64,000 bases of DNA. It comes from Acidobacteriota bacterium. Its GTDB lineage: Bacteria > Acidobacteriota > UBA6911 > RPQK01 > JAJDTT01. The DNA lies in contig OZ242374.1 of the NCBI GenBank assembly GCA_965209055.1, forward strand, positions 4,800,001 through 4,864,000, in the 5' to 3' direction. The notes under the pieces were generated by a model. That model was not told where the DNA came from, ran no database searches, and saw only the letters and a list, made by a program, of their open reading frames with translations. How positions within the stretch are numbered: the stretch's first letter is position 1; every line of letters starts with the position of its first letter. Shown here piece by piece: positions 37,006 through 47,602 of the stretch. The position numbers and the translations under genes are program-made.

Positions 37006-37440
37006 ATGACCCGGCACCTCTTCGTCGTGGACACCAACGTCATCGTGTCCGGGCTTATCGTTGCCGACGCGATCAGCCCCCCCGCACGCATCCTGGACGC
37101 CATGTTGGATGGAGACCTTCTGTATCTGATGTCCAGCGATCTGCTGGCGGAATACTCAGCCGGTTTGCGGCGTCCCCGAATCGCCCGATTGCACGGCCGA
37201 GCAGACGACGAGTTGGACCGGCTGCTCACCGAATTGACGGCAAACGCCGTCTGGCGCCACCCTTCCTCCGGTCCTTCCGCTCCAGAATCCGGCGACGACC
37301 ATTTGTGGGCATTGCTCTCTTCCTGGCCGGGTAGCCGGCTCGTTACCGGTGACCGGCTGTTGGTTGAGAACCCCCCGGCCACCGCCGTCGTCGCAACTCC
37401 TCGTCAAGTGGTGGACAGCTTCCTCGCGACAAGGGAGTAA
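37006..37440 (+). CDS. PIN-domain toxin (TIGR00305/PIN_3-like)
   Basis: VVDTNVIVSGL, LLAEY, GDDHLW, LVTGD. Confidence 0.82.
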   Translation: MTRHLFVVDTNVIVSGLIVADAISPPARILDAMLDGDLLYLMSSDLLAEYSAGLRRPRIARLHGRADDELDRLLTELTANAVWRHPSSGPSAPESGDDHLWALLSSWPGSRLVTGDRLLVENPPATAVVATPRQVVDSFLATRE

Positions 37441-37499
37441 AATGTTTCGCCATCGGGTGGCGCCTGCCGGCAACCCGGAGGTTTGACAGAATTCATGCA

Positions 37500-37518
37500 G
37501 GTAATTACTGTAATTACC
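37500..37518. promoter_or_regulatory. Operator of MazEF-like module
   Basis: GGTAATTAC-T-GTAATTACC palindrome, with TTGACA -35 at 37483-37488. Confidence 0.7.
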
Positions 37519-37548
37519 ATCCCCAACGACTCGCGGGAGGTCACGAAA

Positions 37549-37803
37549 TTGAGCAGGAAAGCGGTCGCCAGAGAGGTGAAACTGATCGCCATCGGCAACT
37601 CCCAGGGCATCCGCCTTCCGAAGATACTGTTGCGAAAATATGGCTGGAGCGGCTCGCTCGTCCTGGAGGAGAGGGAGGACCGCATCGTGCTGCACGGCAA
37701 GGAAGGGGATCAGTTGTCCTGGGAGGACACCTATCGCGCCATGGCCCGCGAAAACGAAGTTTGGAGCGACCTGGACTCGACCGTCGCCGACGGTCTGGAT
37801 TGA
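37549..37803 (+). CDS. mazE: AbrB/MazE family antitoxin
   Basis: KLIAIGNSQGIRLPKILL...WSDLDSTVADGLD; SD GGGAGG before TTG 37549. Confidence 0.88.
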   Translation: MSRKAVAREVKLIAIGNSQGIRLPKILLRKYGWSGSLVLEEREDRIVLHGKEGDQLSWEDTYRAMARENEVWSDLDSTVADGLD

Positions 37804-38135
37804 TGGCGAGCTTTCCCAGGCGATACGCTATCTTCTTCGCTGATCTCAATCCCACATCAGGTGGCGGGATCCGCAAGGTGCGGCCCGTCGTGGTGGTCAG
37901 TCAGAATCAGATGAATCAGTTTCTGGATACGATTATCGTGTGTCCTCTGACTTCCACCCTGCATCCCCAGTGGCGGAGCCGCCTCCAGATTCAATGTGCG
38001 GGAAAGAGGGCTGAGATTGCAGTCGACCAGATTCGCGCCATCAGCAAGCAACGACTGGGGAACAAGCTTGACCGGCTGTCCGCCGACGGGGCGGCCCGGC
38101 TCCGGCGTATGATCACCGAGATGTACGGAGAGTAG
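37803..38135 (+). CDS. mazF: PemK/MazF toxin
   Basis: ADLNPTSGGGIRKVRPVVVVS, IVCPLTS, DQIRAISKQRL; TGATG coupling with the antitoxin. Confidence 0.9.
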   Translation: MASFPRRYAIFFADLNPTSGGGIRKVRPVVVVSQNQMNQFLDTIIVCPLTSTLHPQWRSRLQIQCAGKRAEIAVDQIRAISKQRLGNKLDRLSADGAARLRRMITEMYGE

Positions 38136-38144
38136 AGGTTCAAT

Positions 38145-39326
38145 ATGACAACGGACGTATCAGCGGCAGGCGCGGCGCCACTCGCCGGATCTCGCAGAAG
38201 TGCCTGGTTGTTGAACTACCTCCAAAGACGGTTGCAAGACAGCGCCATCGGGTTCGAGATGACGGCGCTTGACGGAAATACCCGCCGTTTCGGCGCCGGC
38301 CCCGCCAGCTTCAGGGTGAATATCACGCATCCGTCGGCGCTGAAGGCGATCGCCTCACTCGACGAGGGGACCATTGCACGGGCCTATGTGGACGGCTGGT
38401 TCGACGTCGACGGCGATTTCATCAAGATCTTCGACCTCCGCGAACAATTGCACGACCGGCACCCGTTCCATCGGCTCTGGCGGTTCGCCGCGCCCCTGTT
38501 GATGGGGCAGATCGCGGTCAACAAGTCGTCCATCAGGCGGCACTACGAACGGGATGCGGAATTCTTCCTGACCTTTCTGGACGAGAGTTTCCATTGCTAC
38601 ACCCAGGGCGTCTTCCTGTCGCCGGATGAGGATCTGGAGGTGGCGTTTCGCCGCAAGATGGATCACGTCGTCGAAGAGTGCCGGCTGGCTCCCGGGCGCC
38701 GGGTGCTGGAGGTCGGCCCCGGCTGGGGCGCGTTTGCGGCGTACGCGGCGCGTCAGGGGATCGAGGTGACGGGTGTCACGATTTCCACGAAGTCGCTCGA
38801 ATTCATGGATCGGCTGACCGCCCGGGAGGGTCTGCCCATCACCACCCTGCTGCGCGACTTCCTGGAGTTCGAGCCGGAGAAACAATTCGACGCCGTCGTG
38901 GTGCTGGGAATCATGGAGCATATGCCCGACTACCCGCGGGTCTTGGCGCGTCTTGACCGGGTGCTGAAGCCGGGTGGCCGGGTCTTTATCGATGCCGGCG
39001 CCTGTGACCGGAAGTACGAGATGTCGTCGTTCATTTCTCAGCAGATCTACCCAGGAAACAATTCGTTTCTCATACTCCACGATTTCTTGAAGTCGATGAC
39101 CTCTTTCCCGTTCGATTTGAAGGGCGTCTGGGACGACCGGATCAGCTACTACCGGACTTGCGTCGGCTGGGCCGAGCGCCTTGACTCCAACCGGGACTTC
39201 ATCGTCGAAAATTTTGGCGAGGCCGAATACCGGCGTTTTCGACTCTACCTGTGGGGATCGGCGCACTGCTTCCTGCGCAACCGGTTGCAGTGCTACCGGC
39301 TGGTGCTGGAAAAACACGCGTCCTGA
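38145..39326 (+). CDS. cfa: Cyclopropane-fatty-acyl-phospholipid synthase family SAM methyltransferase
   Basis: AYVDGWFD, IRRHYE, VLEVGPGWG, GVTIS, GIMEH, IYPG, RRFRLYLWGS. Confidence 0.85.
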   Translation: MTTDVSAAGAAPLAGSRRSAWLLNYLQRRLQDSAIGFEMTALDGNTRRFGAGPASFRVNITHPSALKAIASLDEGTIARAYVDGWFDVDGDFIKIFDLREQLHDRHPFHRLWRFAAPLLMGQIAVNKSSIRRHYERDAEFFLTFLDESFHCYTQGVFLSPDEDLEVAFRRKMDHVVEECRLAPGRRVLEVGPGWGAFAAYAARQGIEVTGVTISTKSLEFMDRLTAREGLPITTLLRDFLEFEPEKQFDAVVVLGIMEHMPDYPRVLARLDRVLKPGGRVFIDAGACDRKYEMSSFISQQIYPGNNSFLILHDFLKSMTSFPFDLKGVWDDRISYYRTCVGWAERLDSNRDFIVENFGEAEYRRFRLYLWGSAHCFLRNRLQCYRLVLEKHAS

Positions 39327-39350
39327 CGCCGTCTTGGGGGATTCGCAGGA

Positions 39351-39737
39351 TCAAGCGACCAGGACGTCTGTCCGGGAAAAGTCCGCGCCTTTGAAAAGCA
39401 GCGGCTCGCCGCTCAACTCGGCGAGCGCATAGGCGAAGCAGTCTCCGAAATTCAACCCCGCCGGATGATTGCCCTTGCCGAAACGGCGCCAAGCCCGGCG
39501 AGCCGCGTCGGTATGTTCACGCGTTACCGGCACCAACTCGATTTCGGCTCTGGTCAGAAGCCGGTCGAGTTCGTGTCCGGCCGTCGTCCCGCCCCTGCTC
39601 TCGACGACAATCGCCGCCTCCAGCAATCCGACCGCCGACATGCGGCGGGGCCAAGCCGAGGCGATCGCTTGCTCATACCGGCGAGCGTCGGGTTCACCGA
39701 ACAAAACGGCCAGAATTGCGGAAGTATCGATGATCAT
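39351..39737 (-). CDS. vapC: VapC toxin
   Basis: MIIDTSAILAVLFGEP, LLEA, FGKGNHPAGLNFGDCFAYALA, LLFKGADFSRTD. Confidence 0.93.
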   Translation of the reverse strand: MIIDTSAILAVLFGEPDARRYEQAIASAWPRRMSAVGLLEAAIVVESRGGTTAGHELDRLLTRAEIELVPVTREHTDAARRAWRRFGKGNHPAGLNFGDCFAYALAELSGEPLLFKGADFSRTDVLVA

Positions 39738-39991
39738 TTGGGCAAGCCTCTATCATCGTAGAGCAGCTCACCATGATCCGTAGCCGAGGGTCCCGCCGCA
39801 ATTAAACGAGAGCAGCGTTGTCCGATGGCGTGAAGTTCTCGAGCCAGGGTCTCGGAACTGTGCCGGTGGTTTTCCCTGTCGAGCCGCTCGCGCAGCGCAA
39901 TAGTGATTGCCCCCGTCATGGTTTCGCCGGTCAGGCGGGCAAGTTTGCGGGCCAATCGGCAGGTTTCCTCGTTCTTGATGTTGAGACCCAT
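39734..39991 (-). CDS. vapB: VapB antitoxin (Rv0623/PSK_trans_fac-like)
   Basis: MGLNIKNEETCRLARKLARLTGETMTGAITIALRERL...LYDDRGLPK; real start ATG 39991. Confidence 0.9.
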   Translation of the reverse strand: MGLNIKNEETCRLARKLARLTGETMTGAITIALRERLDRENHRHSSETLARELHAIGQRCSRLIAAGPSATDHGELLYDDRGLPK

Positions 39992-40011
39992 GGAACTCCC
40001 TTTGATAGAAG

Positions 40012-40042
40012 AGGGTAGAAAACCGCTAAATGTTTCTACCCT
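40012..40042. promoter_or_regulatory. Operator of vapBC
   Basis: AGGGTAGAAA-N11-TTTCTACCCT, 20 bp upstream of the vapB ATG. Confidence 0.7.
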
Positions 40043-40129
40043 GGTCCTGTCCTCGGCGTCAACAGCACTTGTGTCGCTGATTCTTGCCAGATGACACCGC
40101 CTTGGCCCAAAATGGCGCTGGGTCCCACC

Positions 40130-42643
40130 ATGAATGTTCGATTCGGAACCGTCCTTTTCCTGATCCTGGCCGCCTGTCCGCTGATGGGCCAAATTGGGGA
40201 AGGCGCCACGGACGACGGGCCGCTGCTCTTTCGTGAAACCGTCCAGCCGATACTCCAGAACCGTTGCCTGGCCTGCCACAACCAGAAGGTTCGAAGCAGC
40301 GGCCTCTCGCTGGAGAGCCGGGACGGAGTACTCAGCGGCGGAACTCGGGGTCCGGCCGTTCTGCCGGGAGACTCGGAACAGAGCCGTCTGATCCAGGCGC
40401 TGGCCCATTCGTCCGATCTGAATATGCCTCCCGGAGGCAGGCTGCCGGATGCGGAAATCCAAGCCCTGGAACAATGGGTGGCATTGGGGGCTCCCTGGGA
40501 CGAGTCGGGCGATTCCCACACCGGCGGTCACTGGTCCTTTCAACCCGTCCGGCGTCCCGCGCCGCCTCAGGTTTCCGAAGCGGCGTGGATCCGCACACCC
40601 GTCGACAATTTCATCTTGCAGCGGTTGGAAGAGGAGGGACTGCAACCGTCACCCGAAGCCTCCCGGATCACGCTGCTGCGCCGTCTCAGCCTGGATCTTC
40701 TGGGCCTTCCGCCCTCTCCGGACGCCGTCGGCCGTTTCCTGGCGGACACCCGTCCCGGCGCCTACGAGCGCGCCGTGGAGCGCCTGCTGGCTTCGCCCCA
40801 CTACGGAGAACGCTGGGGCCGGCATTGGCTGGACGTGGCCCGTTACGCCGATTCGGACGGGTTCTCCGACGGACCCCGGCAGATCTGGATGTACCGGGAC
40901 TGGGTGGTCCGCTCCCTGAATCATGACCTGCCGTTCGACCGTTTCGCCATCCAGCAGTTGGCGGGCGACCTGGTTCCGGATGCGTCCAAGGAACAGATCG
41001 TCGCCACCGGATTCCACCGCAACACCCTCCTGAACCAGGAGGGGGGCATTGACGTGGAGCAGTACCGGGTCGAGCGGGTCGTGGACCGGGTCGAGACCAC
41101 CGGGGCCGCCTTTCTGGGCCTGACCGTCGGTTGCGCCCGCTGCCATGATCACAAGTACGATCCTGTTTCCCAGAAGGAGTTCTTCCAGCTCTACTCCTTC
41201 TTCAACAACGCCGAGGAGAGGAGCCCCGAACTGGAAAAGACGGACCGGCCGCGGCACTGGCCCTTCCTGGAGTTCGGGACCGACCGGGAGTTCGCCCGGC
41301 GAGACATCATCCGGAGCCAGTTGGCGCTGCTGGAGGAGGAGTTGAAATCCTACGAGAAGGATCTTCTGGACCGCTTGCCGCAATGGGAAAAGGAACTGGA
41401 ACCGGAGCGGCGGCGGGAGTTTCCTCTCGAAGTTCAGAAGATACTGGCGCTTCCGGCCGACGAGCGGAACGAGATCCAGCTCAAGACCCTGCATCTGCTC
41501 TACAAGGAGCACGATCTGGGCTTCTCCACCCGAAAGGCCGGCATCGACTCTCTGAAGCAGGCTGAACCGAAGCTCCCCAGCACCCTGGTGATGAGAGAAC
41601 TGCCGGAGCCCCGGGAGGCCTACGTCCATCTGGGCGGCGAGTTCACCCGCCGGGGAGATCCAGTCCGCCCGGGCGTGCCCGCCGTCCTGCCTCCGCTGGA
41701 CGCCCGGTCCCGGCCCGACCGCCTGGACCTGGCTCGATGGCTGGTGGAACCGGATCATCCTCTCACGGCCAGAGTCACCGTGAACCGGATTTGGCAACGG
41801 TACTTCGGCGCCGGACTGGTGGAGACCGAGAACGATTTCGGAATCCAGGGCGCCCAGCCGTCCCATCCGGCGCTTCTGGACTGGCTGGCCTCCGAGTTGA
41901 TACGCCGGCGCTGGAGCCTGAAGGCGATGCACCGGCTGATCGTCACCTCCGCCACCTACCGTCAGTCGTCCCGCCATCGAGCGGACGCCTCCAAGGTGGA
42001 CCCGGACAACCGGCTGCTGGCGCGGCAGCACCGTCTGCGGCTGGAGTCGGAGGTGGTGCGGGACGTCTGCCTGTCTGCCAGCGGACTCTGGAACCGGGCC
42101 ATCGGCGGGCCGCCCGTCTTTCCTCCCCAACCTCAGGGGAGCAGCCGCCTGGGACATTCCAAACGAGAGTGGGTCGCCAGCCAGGGTGAAGATCGATACC
42201 GCCGGGGCCTCTATACCCATTTTTGGCGCTCCACTCCCCATCCGGCCCTGATGGTCTTCGACAGTCCCAACGGGATCACCACCTGCACCCGGCGAAGCCG
42301 CTCCACCTCGCCCCTGCAGGCATTGACCCTGCTCAACGACGAGGCCTTTTTCGAGTTCGCCCAGGGTCTCGCCCGCCGGGTGCTCCGGGAGGGTCCGGAC
42401 CAGGACTCGGAGCGCATCGGCTACACCTTCCGCGTGTGCCTGTCGAGGCCCCCCAGCGCGGAGGAGACCACTCAATTGAAGCGGTTTCTGGATCGCCAGA
42501 GGACCGACCTGGCACAGCACCCGCGGGAGGCCCGATCCTTGCTTTCGCTGGATTCCGAGGACGAGGATCCGAAGGAACTCGCGGCCTGGACCCTCCTCTC
42601 CAGCGTGCTCCTGAACCTGGACGAATTCATCACCCGGGAGTGA
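40130..42643 (+). CDS. PSCyt1-DUF1549-DUF1553 cytochrome c domain protein
   Basis: CLACH, HWSF, WLDVARYADS, CARCHDHKYDP, HPLTARVTVNRIWQ, LLNLDEFITRE. Start is 40130 or 40091. Confidence 0.92.
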   Translation: MNVRFGTVLFLILAACPLMGQIGEGATDDGPLLFRETVQPILQNRCLACHNQKVRSSGLSLESRDGVLSGGTRGPAVLPGDSEQSRLIQALAHSSDLNMPPGGRLPDAEIQALEQWVALGAPWDESGDSHTGGHWSFQPVRRPAPPQVSEAAWIRTPVDNFILQRLEEEGLQPSPEASRITLLRRLSLDLLGLPPSPDAVGRFLADTRPGAYERAVERLLASPHYGERWGRHWLDVARYADSDGFSDGPRQIWMYRDWVVRSLNHDLPFDRFAIQQLAGDLVPDASKEQIVATGFHRNTLLNQEGGIDVEQYRVERVVDRVETTGAAFLGLTVGCARCHDHKYDPVSQKEFFQLYSFFNNAEERSPELEKTDRPRHWPFLEFGTDREFARRDIIRSQLALLEEELKSYEKDLLDRLPQWEKELEPERRREFPLEVQKILALPADERNEIQLKTLHLLYKEHDLGFSTRKAGIDSLKQAEPKLPSTLVMRELPEPREAYVHLGGEFTRRGDPVRPGVPAVLPPLDARSRPDRLDLARWLVEPDHPLTARVTVNRIWQRYFGAGLVETENDFGIQGAQPSHPALLDWLASELIRRRWSLKAMHRLIVTSATYRQSSRHRADASKVDPDNRLLARQHRLRLESEVVRDVCLSASGLWNRAIGGPPVFPPQPQGSSRLGHSKREWVASQGEDRYRRGLYTHFWRSTPHPALMVFDSPNGITTCTRRSRSTSPLQALTLLNDEAFFEFAQGLARRVLREGPDQDSERIGYTFRVCLSRPPSAEETTQLKRFLDRQRTDLAQHPREARSLLSLDSEDEDPKELAAWTLLSSVLLNLDEFITRE

Positions 42644-42648
42644 ACCCC

Positions 42649-44100
<1,452 letters not shown>

Positions 44101-44340
44101 CCCGCATTTCTCACCAGGTCGCTTTGCGTATGACGAATAAGGATCTGTTTTTGAGCATTTGCGCGAAATTGTCCAAGGTTTCTCCGAAAGAGACTGCGCT
44201 GGGCGCGCGCTCGCTGGTCTTTTCACCCTCAGCGCGCACGTGCTCCCTCGAACGTAGTCACCACTACGCTCTCGGTCGCGAGCACGCGCTGAGGGCGAAA
44301 ATCCTGCGCGATCGTCACGCCCCCTGGTGAGAAGTGCGGG
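44101..44340. mobile_element. 240-bp MITE flanked by TTAA, with long internal hairpin
   Basis: TIRs CCCGCATTTCTCACCAGG (44101-44118) and CCTGGTGAGAAGTGCGGG (44323-44340), 17/18 match; TTAA at 44097-44100 and 44341-44344; internal stem 44221-44300. Confidence 0.82.
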
Positions 44341-44402
44341 TTAAACAGGAGCCACCTTTTGTCTTCCCCGTCTTCACCGGCTCCGGCCGCTCCACCGAGG
44401 TC

Positions 44403-45431
44403 ATGAACGCCGCCATCTATCGGGGAATCGGGCGAATCGGTCTGCAGCAAGTGGAGCGGCATCCGCCCCCACCCGGATACGTCACCATCGATACCCGGCA
44501 GACCGGCATCTGCGGAAGCGACCTTCACGCTTACCGGGGCCACTGGCCCCAGCCCAAGGCTTTGGCGCTGGGGCACGAGACCTCCGGCGTCGTGGTGGAG
44601 CTGGGGGAGGGGGCCACGGGAGTCGAGCCGGGAGACCGGGTCGCCATCGAGTGCTTCTCGCACTGCGGCCGCTGCCGCCACTGCCGGAGCGGCCACTACA
44701 ACCACTGCCGGGAGCGCCAGTGGGTTTCCCAGGATACGCACGGAGGTTTTGCCGAGTTCACGACCGCTCACGCCTCGGCCCTCTTCCGTCTCCCTGCGAG
44801 CCTGAGCTTCGAAGAAGGGGCCCTGGTCGAACCCCTGGCGGTCGGTTGCCGGGCGGTGGGCCAGGCCGGCGCGACCTGGCGGGACCGGGTCGTGATCCTG
44901 GGCGGTGGAACCATCGGCCAGTTCTGCCTGGCGGCGGCCAGGGCGGCCAACGTGCGGGAGACCTGGATCACCGTCAAGTACCCGCAACAGGCCCGGATGG
45001 CCCAGGGTCTGGGCGCCGACCACGTGTTCGTGCTGGGTGAGAGCGACCTGGAGGACTGGGTGAGCGGCCTGGACCAGGGTCCGCGGCCGGACGCGGTGAT
45101 CGAAACGGTGGGAGGAGGCGGCAATTTTGACCTCGCCCTTCGGATTGTCCGGCCCCGCGGCACCGTGGTCCTGGTGGCCGGCTATCCGGAACCGGTCCAG
45201 GTGGACCTGGGCCGGGTTCTGGAATCCGAGGCGGTCGTGACCGGGTCCCACTGTTACGCTTCAACGGGATTGGACACCGACTTCGGCGCGGCCATCGACC
45301 TGATGGCCAGCGGCCGGGTGGATGCGACCCGTCTCGTCACCCACCGGTTTCCTTTGGAAGCCGTCGAAGAGGCCTTTCGTGTGGCCGCGGACAAATCCTC
45401 CGGTTCCATCAAGGTCCACCTCTGCCAGTGA
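44403..45431 (+). CDS. Zinc-binding (MDR) dehydrogenase, sugar-alcohol/threonine dehydrogenase-like
   Basis: GICGSDLH, GHE, CGRCRHCRSGHYNHC, GALVEPLAV, GGGTIG, LVTHRFPL. Confidence 0.92.
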   Translation: MNAAIYRGIGRIGLQQVERHPPPPGYVTIDTRQTGICGSDLHAYRGHWPQPKALALGHETSGVVVELGEGATGVEPGDRVAIECFSHCGRCRHCRSGHYNHCRERQWVSQDTHGGFAEFTTAHASALFRLPASLSFEEGALVEPLAVGCRAVGQAGATWRDRVVILGGGTIGQFCLAAARAANVRETWITVKYPQQARMAQGLGADHVFVLGESDLEDWVSGLDQGPRPDAVIETVGGGGNFDLALRIVRPRGTVVLVAGYPEPVQVDLGRVLESEAVVTGSHCYASTGLDTDFGAAIDLMASGRVDATRLVTHRFPLEAVEEAFRVAADKSSGSIKVHLCQ

Positions 45432-45505
45432 TCTTTCCCCGCTCCATTCCCATACCACGAAAAAGGCGAAAAGCAGGTATCCTGGAACCAGAGAGTGACA
45501 ATCCC

Positions 45506-46843
45506 ATGCAGGGACGACGTACTCCGGACATGACACGGCGATCGCTGCTGACTCGCGGGCTCGCGGGTATTGCGGCGACGGCGTGGACCAGTCGACGGAG
45601 GGCCGGGGCCACACCCGTACAATTGTCCAACCCGGCCGCGGCCACCCAACGGACGCATCCGGATTCACATTCCGGCCCACCTCGGAAGGAGATCGTGCTG
45701 GGCATGTCCGCCGCCTTTTCCGGCCCCTCCCGAGGCTTGGGCAGCGAGCTCTACCGGGGAGCCAAGGCCTATTTCAACCACGTCAACGAAAATGGCGGCG
45801 TCAACGGCTGCCGGATCCTCCTGAAGCTCTACGACGACGGCTATCAGCCGGACCCGTGCGTCAGGAACACCATGAAGCTCATGTTGGAGGACCGGGTCTT
45901 CCTCCTGTTCGGCTACGTGGGGACACCGACGGTGACGCGGGTGCTGCCCCTGCTCAAGAAGTTTCAGGACGAGAAGGTCTTTCTCTTCTTTCCCTTCACC
46001 GGAGCCCAGCCCCAGAGGGAACCGCCCTACGGCGACTTCGCCTTCAACCTCCGGGCGTCCTACCGGCAGGAGACCGCCGGCCTGGTCGACAACTTTCTTC
46101 GCGTCGGCAAGAGGCGCATCGCCGTGTTCTACCAGGCCGACGCCTATGGCAGGAGCGGCTGGGCGGGCGTCCGCGCGGCCCTGGCGGCCCACGGCGAGAG
46201 ACTGGTCGGCGAGGCCACGTACCGCCGCGGGCAACGGTTCACCGGCACCATGAGGGCACAGGTCGAAATTCTCCAGGCGGCTTCTCCCGACGCCGTGATC
46301 TGCATCGGTTCGTACGCCGCGTGCGCCGCGTTCGCGCGCGACGCCGTGGGCCTGGGGCTTCAGATTCCCATCGCCAACCTCTCGTTCGTAGGGAGCGAGA
46401 ACCTCCTCCAACTGCTCACCGAGGACCGCGACGACGCAGAGAAATACACCCGTTTTCTGGTCAACTCGCAAGTTGTACCCAGCTATGAGAACACCTCCAT
46501 TCCGGCGGTGCGGGAGTACCGGCAATTGATGGAGCGTTACGACCCCGCCGTTCCCGAGGAATTGGTCAAGGAACCTTACAGTCCGTTCCCCCAGAGCTTT
46601 GTCAGTCTGGAGGGATTCCTGGATGCCAAGCTGATGGCGGAGATTCTTCGGCGCATGGGGGGCGGGCACGATCGAACGAAACTGGAGAAGGCGGTCTTCT
46701 CGGTACGGAACTACGACCTCGGAATCGGGGAACCGGTCTCATTCGGCCCCGACCGCCGGCAGGGGCTTCAGATGGTCTATTACACCGTCGTCGAGGGCGG
46801 CCGCTTCGTGACCCTGGACGATTGGCAAGGTTGGGTTTCCTGA
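45506..46843 (+). CDS. Type I periplasmic ligand-binding protein (LivJ/Peripla_BP_6-like) with Tat-like signal
   Basis: TRRSLL, GMSAAFSGPSRGLG, NGGVNG, YDDGYQP, GYVGTPT, FNLRASY, QADAYG, SLEGF. Start is 45506 or 45530. Confidence 0.85.
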   Translation: MQGRRTPDMTRRSLLTRGLAGIAATAWTSRRRAGATPVQLSNPAAATQRTHPDSHSGPPRKEIVLGMSAAFSGPSRGLGSELYRGAKAYFNHVNENGGVNGCRILLKLYDDGYQPDPCVRNTMKLMLEDRVFLLFGYVGTPTVTRVLPLLKKFQDEKVFLFFPFTGAQPQREPPYGDFAFNLRASYRQETAGLVDNFLRVGKRRIAVFYQADAYGRSGWAGVRAALAAHGERLVGEATYRRGQRFTGTMRAQVEILQAASPDAVICIGSYAACAAFARDAVGLGLQIPIANLSFVGSENLLQLLTEDRDDAEKYTRFLVNSQVVPSYENTSIPAVREYRQLMERYDPAVPEELVKEPYSPFPQSFVSLEGFLDAKLMAEILRRMGGGHDRTKLEKAVFSVRNYDLGIGEPVSFGPDRRQGLQMVYYTVVEGGRFVTLDDWQGWVS

Positions 46844-46844
46844 A

Positions 46845-47588
46845 ATGAAGATACAGAAACTTTTCCAGAAAACCCGCTTCGGCATTTTCGCCCTCTTCGG
46901 ACTGATCGTCCTGTCGACGTCGATTCTGTGCATCTACACCGTCGATACCCAGTTGTCGGCCGAATACGAGACCAATACCAGGAATATCGCCAAGACCATT
47001 GCCGATGCCAGCGTGGACATCCTGCTGAACCGGAATCTGGCGACGTTGCAGTCGATGATCGATCAGTTCGTGGAGATCCAGGGAATCCGCTACATCTACA
47101 TCACGAGCGAGTCGGGCGAATACCTGGCTCACACCTTCGTCCCGGGGATTCCCGAGCAGGTCCTGGCCAGTGATCCGTCCAGCACCGAGCCGGTGGAACG
47201 CAGCATTCCCGGAATGGGCGACTTCGTTGAAGTGGGCAGCCCCATCCTGGCCGGGGTCGCCGGCACCGTCCACGTGGGGATGGATCTGGACCTGGTTGCC
47301 CTTAAGATCCAGCGGGCCATCGGCCAGCAGGTCATCCTGATCTGCATCTTTCTCGTGGTCGGTATTCTGGCGTCGATCTGGTTCGTGAACCTGGCGGCAA
47401 AGCCGCTGGGTGGACTCCTGGCTTATGCCGTCGACCTGGCGGGCAACCGGGATACGGACGAGGCGAGAGACGACGAACTGCTGGCACGCGACGACGAAGT
47501 CGGCGACTTGGCCCGCCTCTTCCGTTACGTGTCCGACCGCGGGTCCGGTTCGGAGTCGTCCGGGACCCCACCGGGACAGCCCGGGTAG
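46845..47588 (+). CDS. Two-TM membrane sensor (periplasmic Cache-like domain plus HAMP), no output domain
   Basis: TM1, periplasmic IRYIYIT..GEYLAHTF...GTVHVGMD, TM2, then KPLGGLLAYAVDLA...RDDEVGDLARLF and stop after a short low-complexity tail. Confidence 0.8.
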   Translation: MKIQKLFQKTRFGIFALFGLIVLSTSILCIYTVDTQLSAEYETNTRNIAKTIADASVDILLNRNLATLQSMIDQFVEIQGIRYIYITSESGEYLAHTFVPGIPEQVLASDPSSTEPVERSIPGMGDFVEVGSPILAGVAGTVHVGMDLDLVALKIQRAIGQQVILICIFLVVGILASIWFVNLAAKPLGGLLAYAVDLAGNRDTDEARDDELLARDDEVGDLARLFRYVSDRGSGSESSGTPPGQPG

Positions 47589-47602
47589 GAGGAAATCGAG
47601 CG

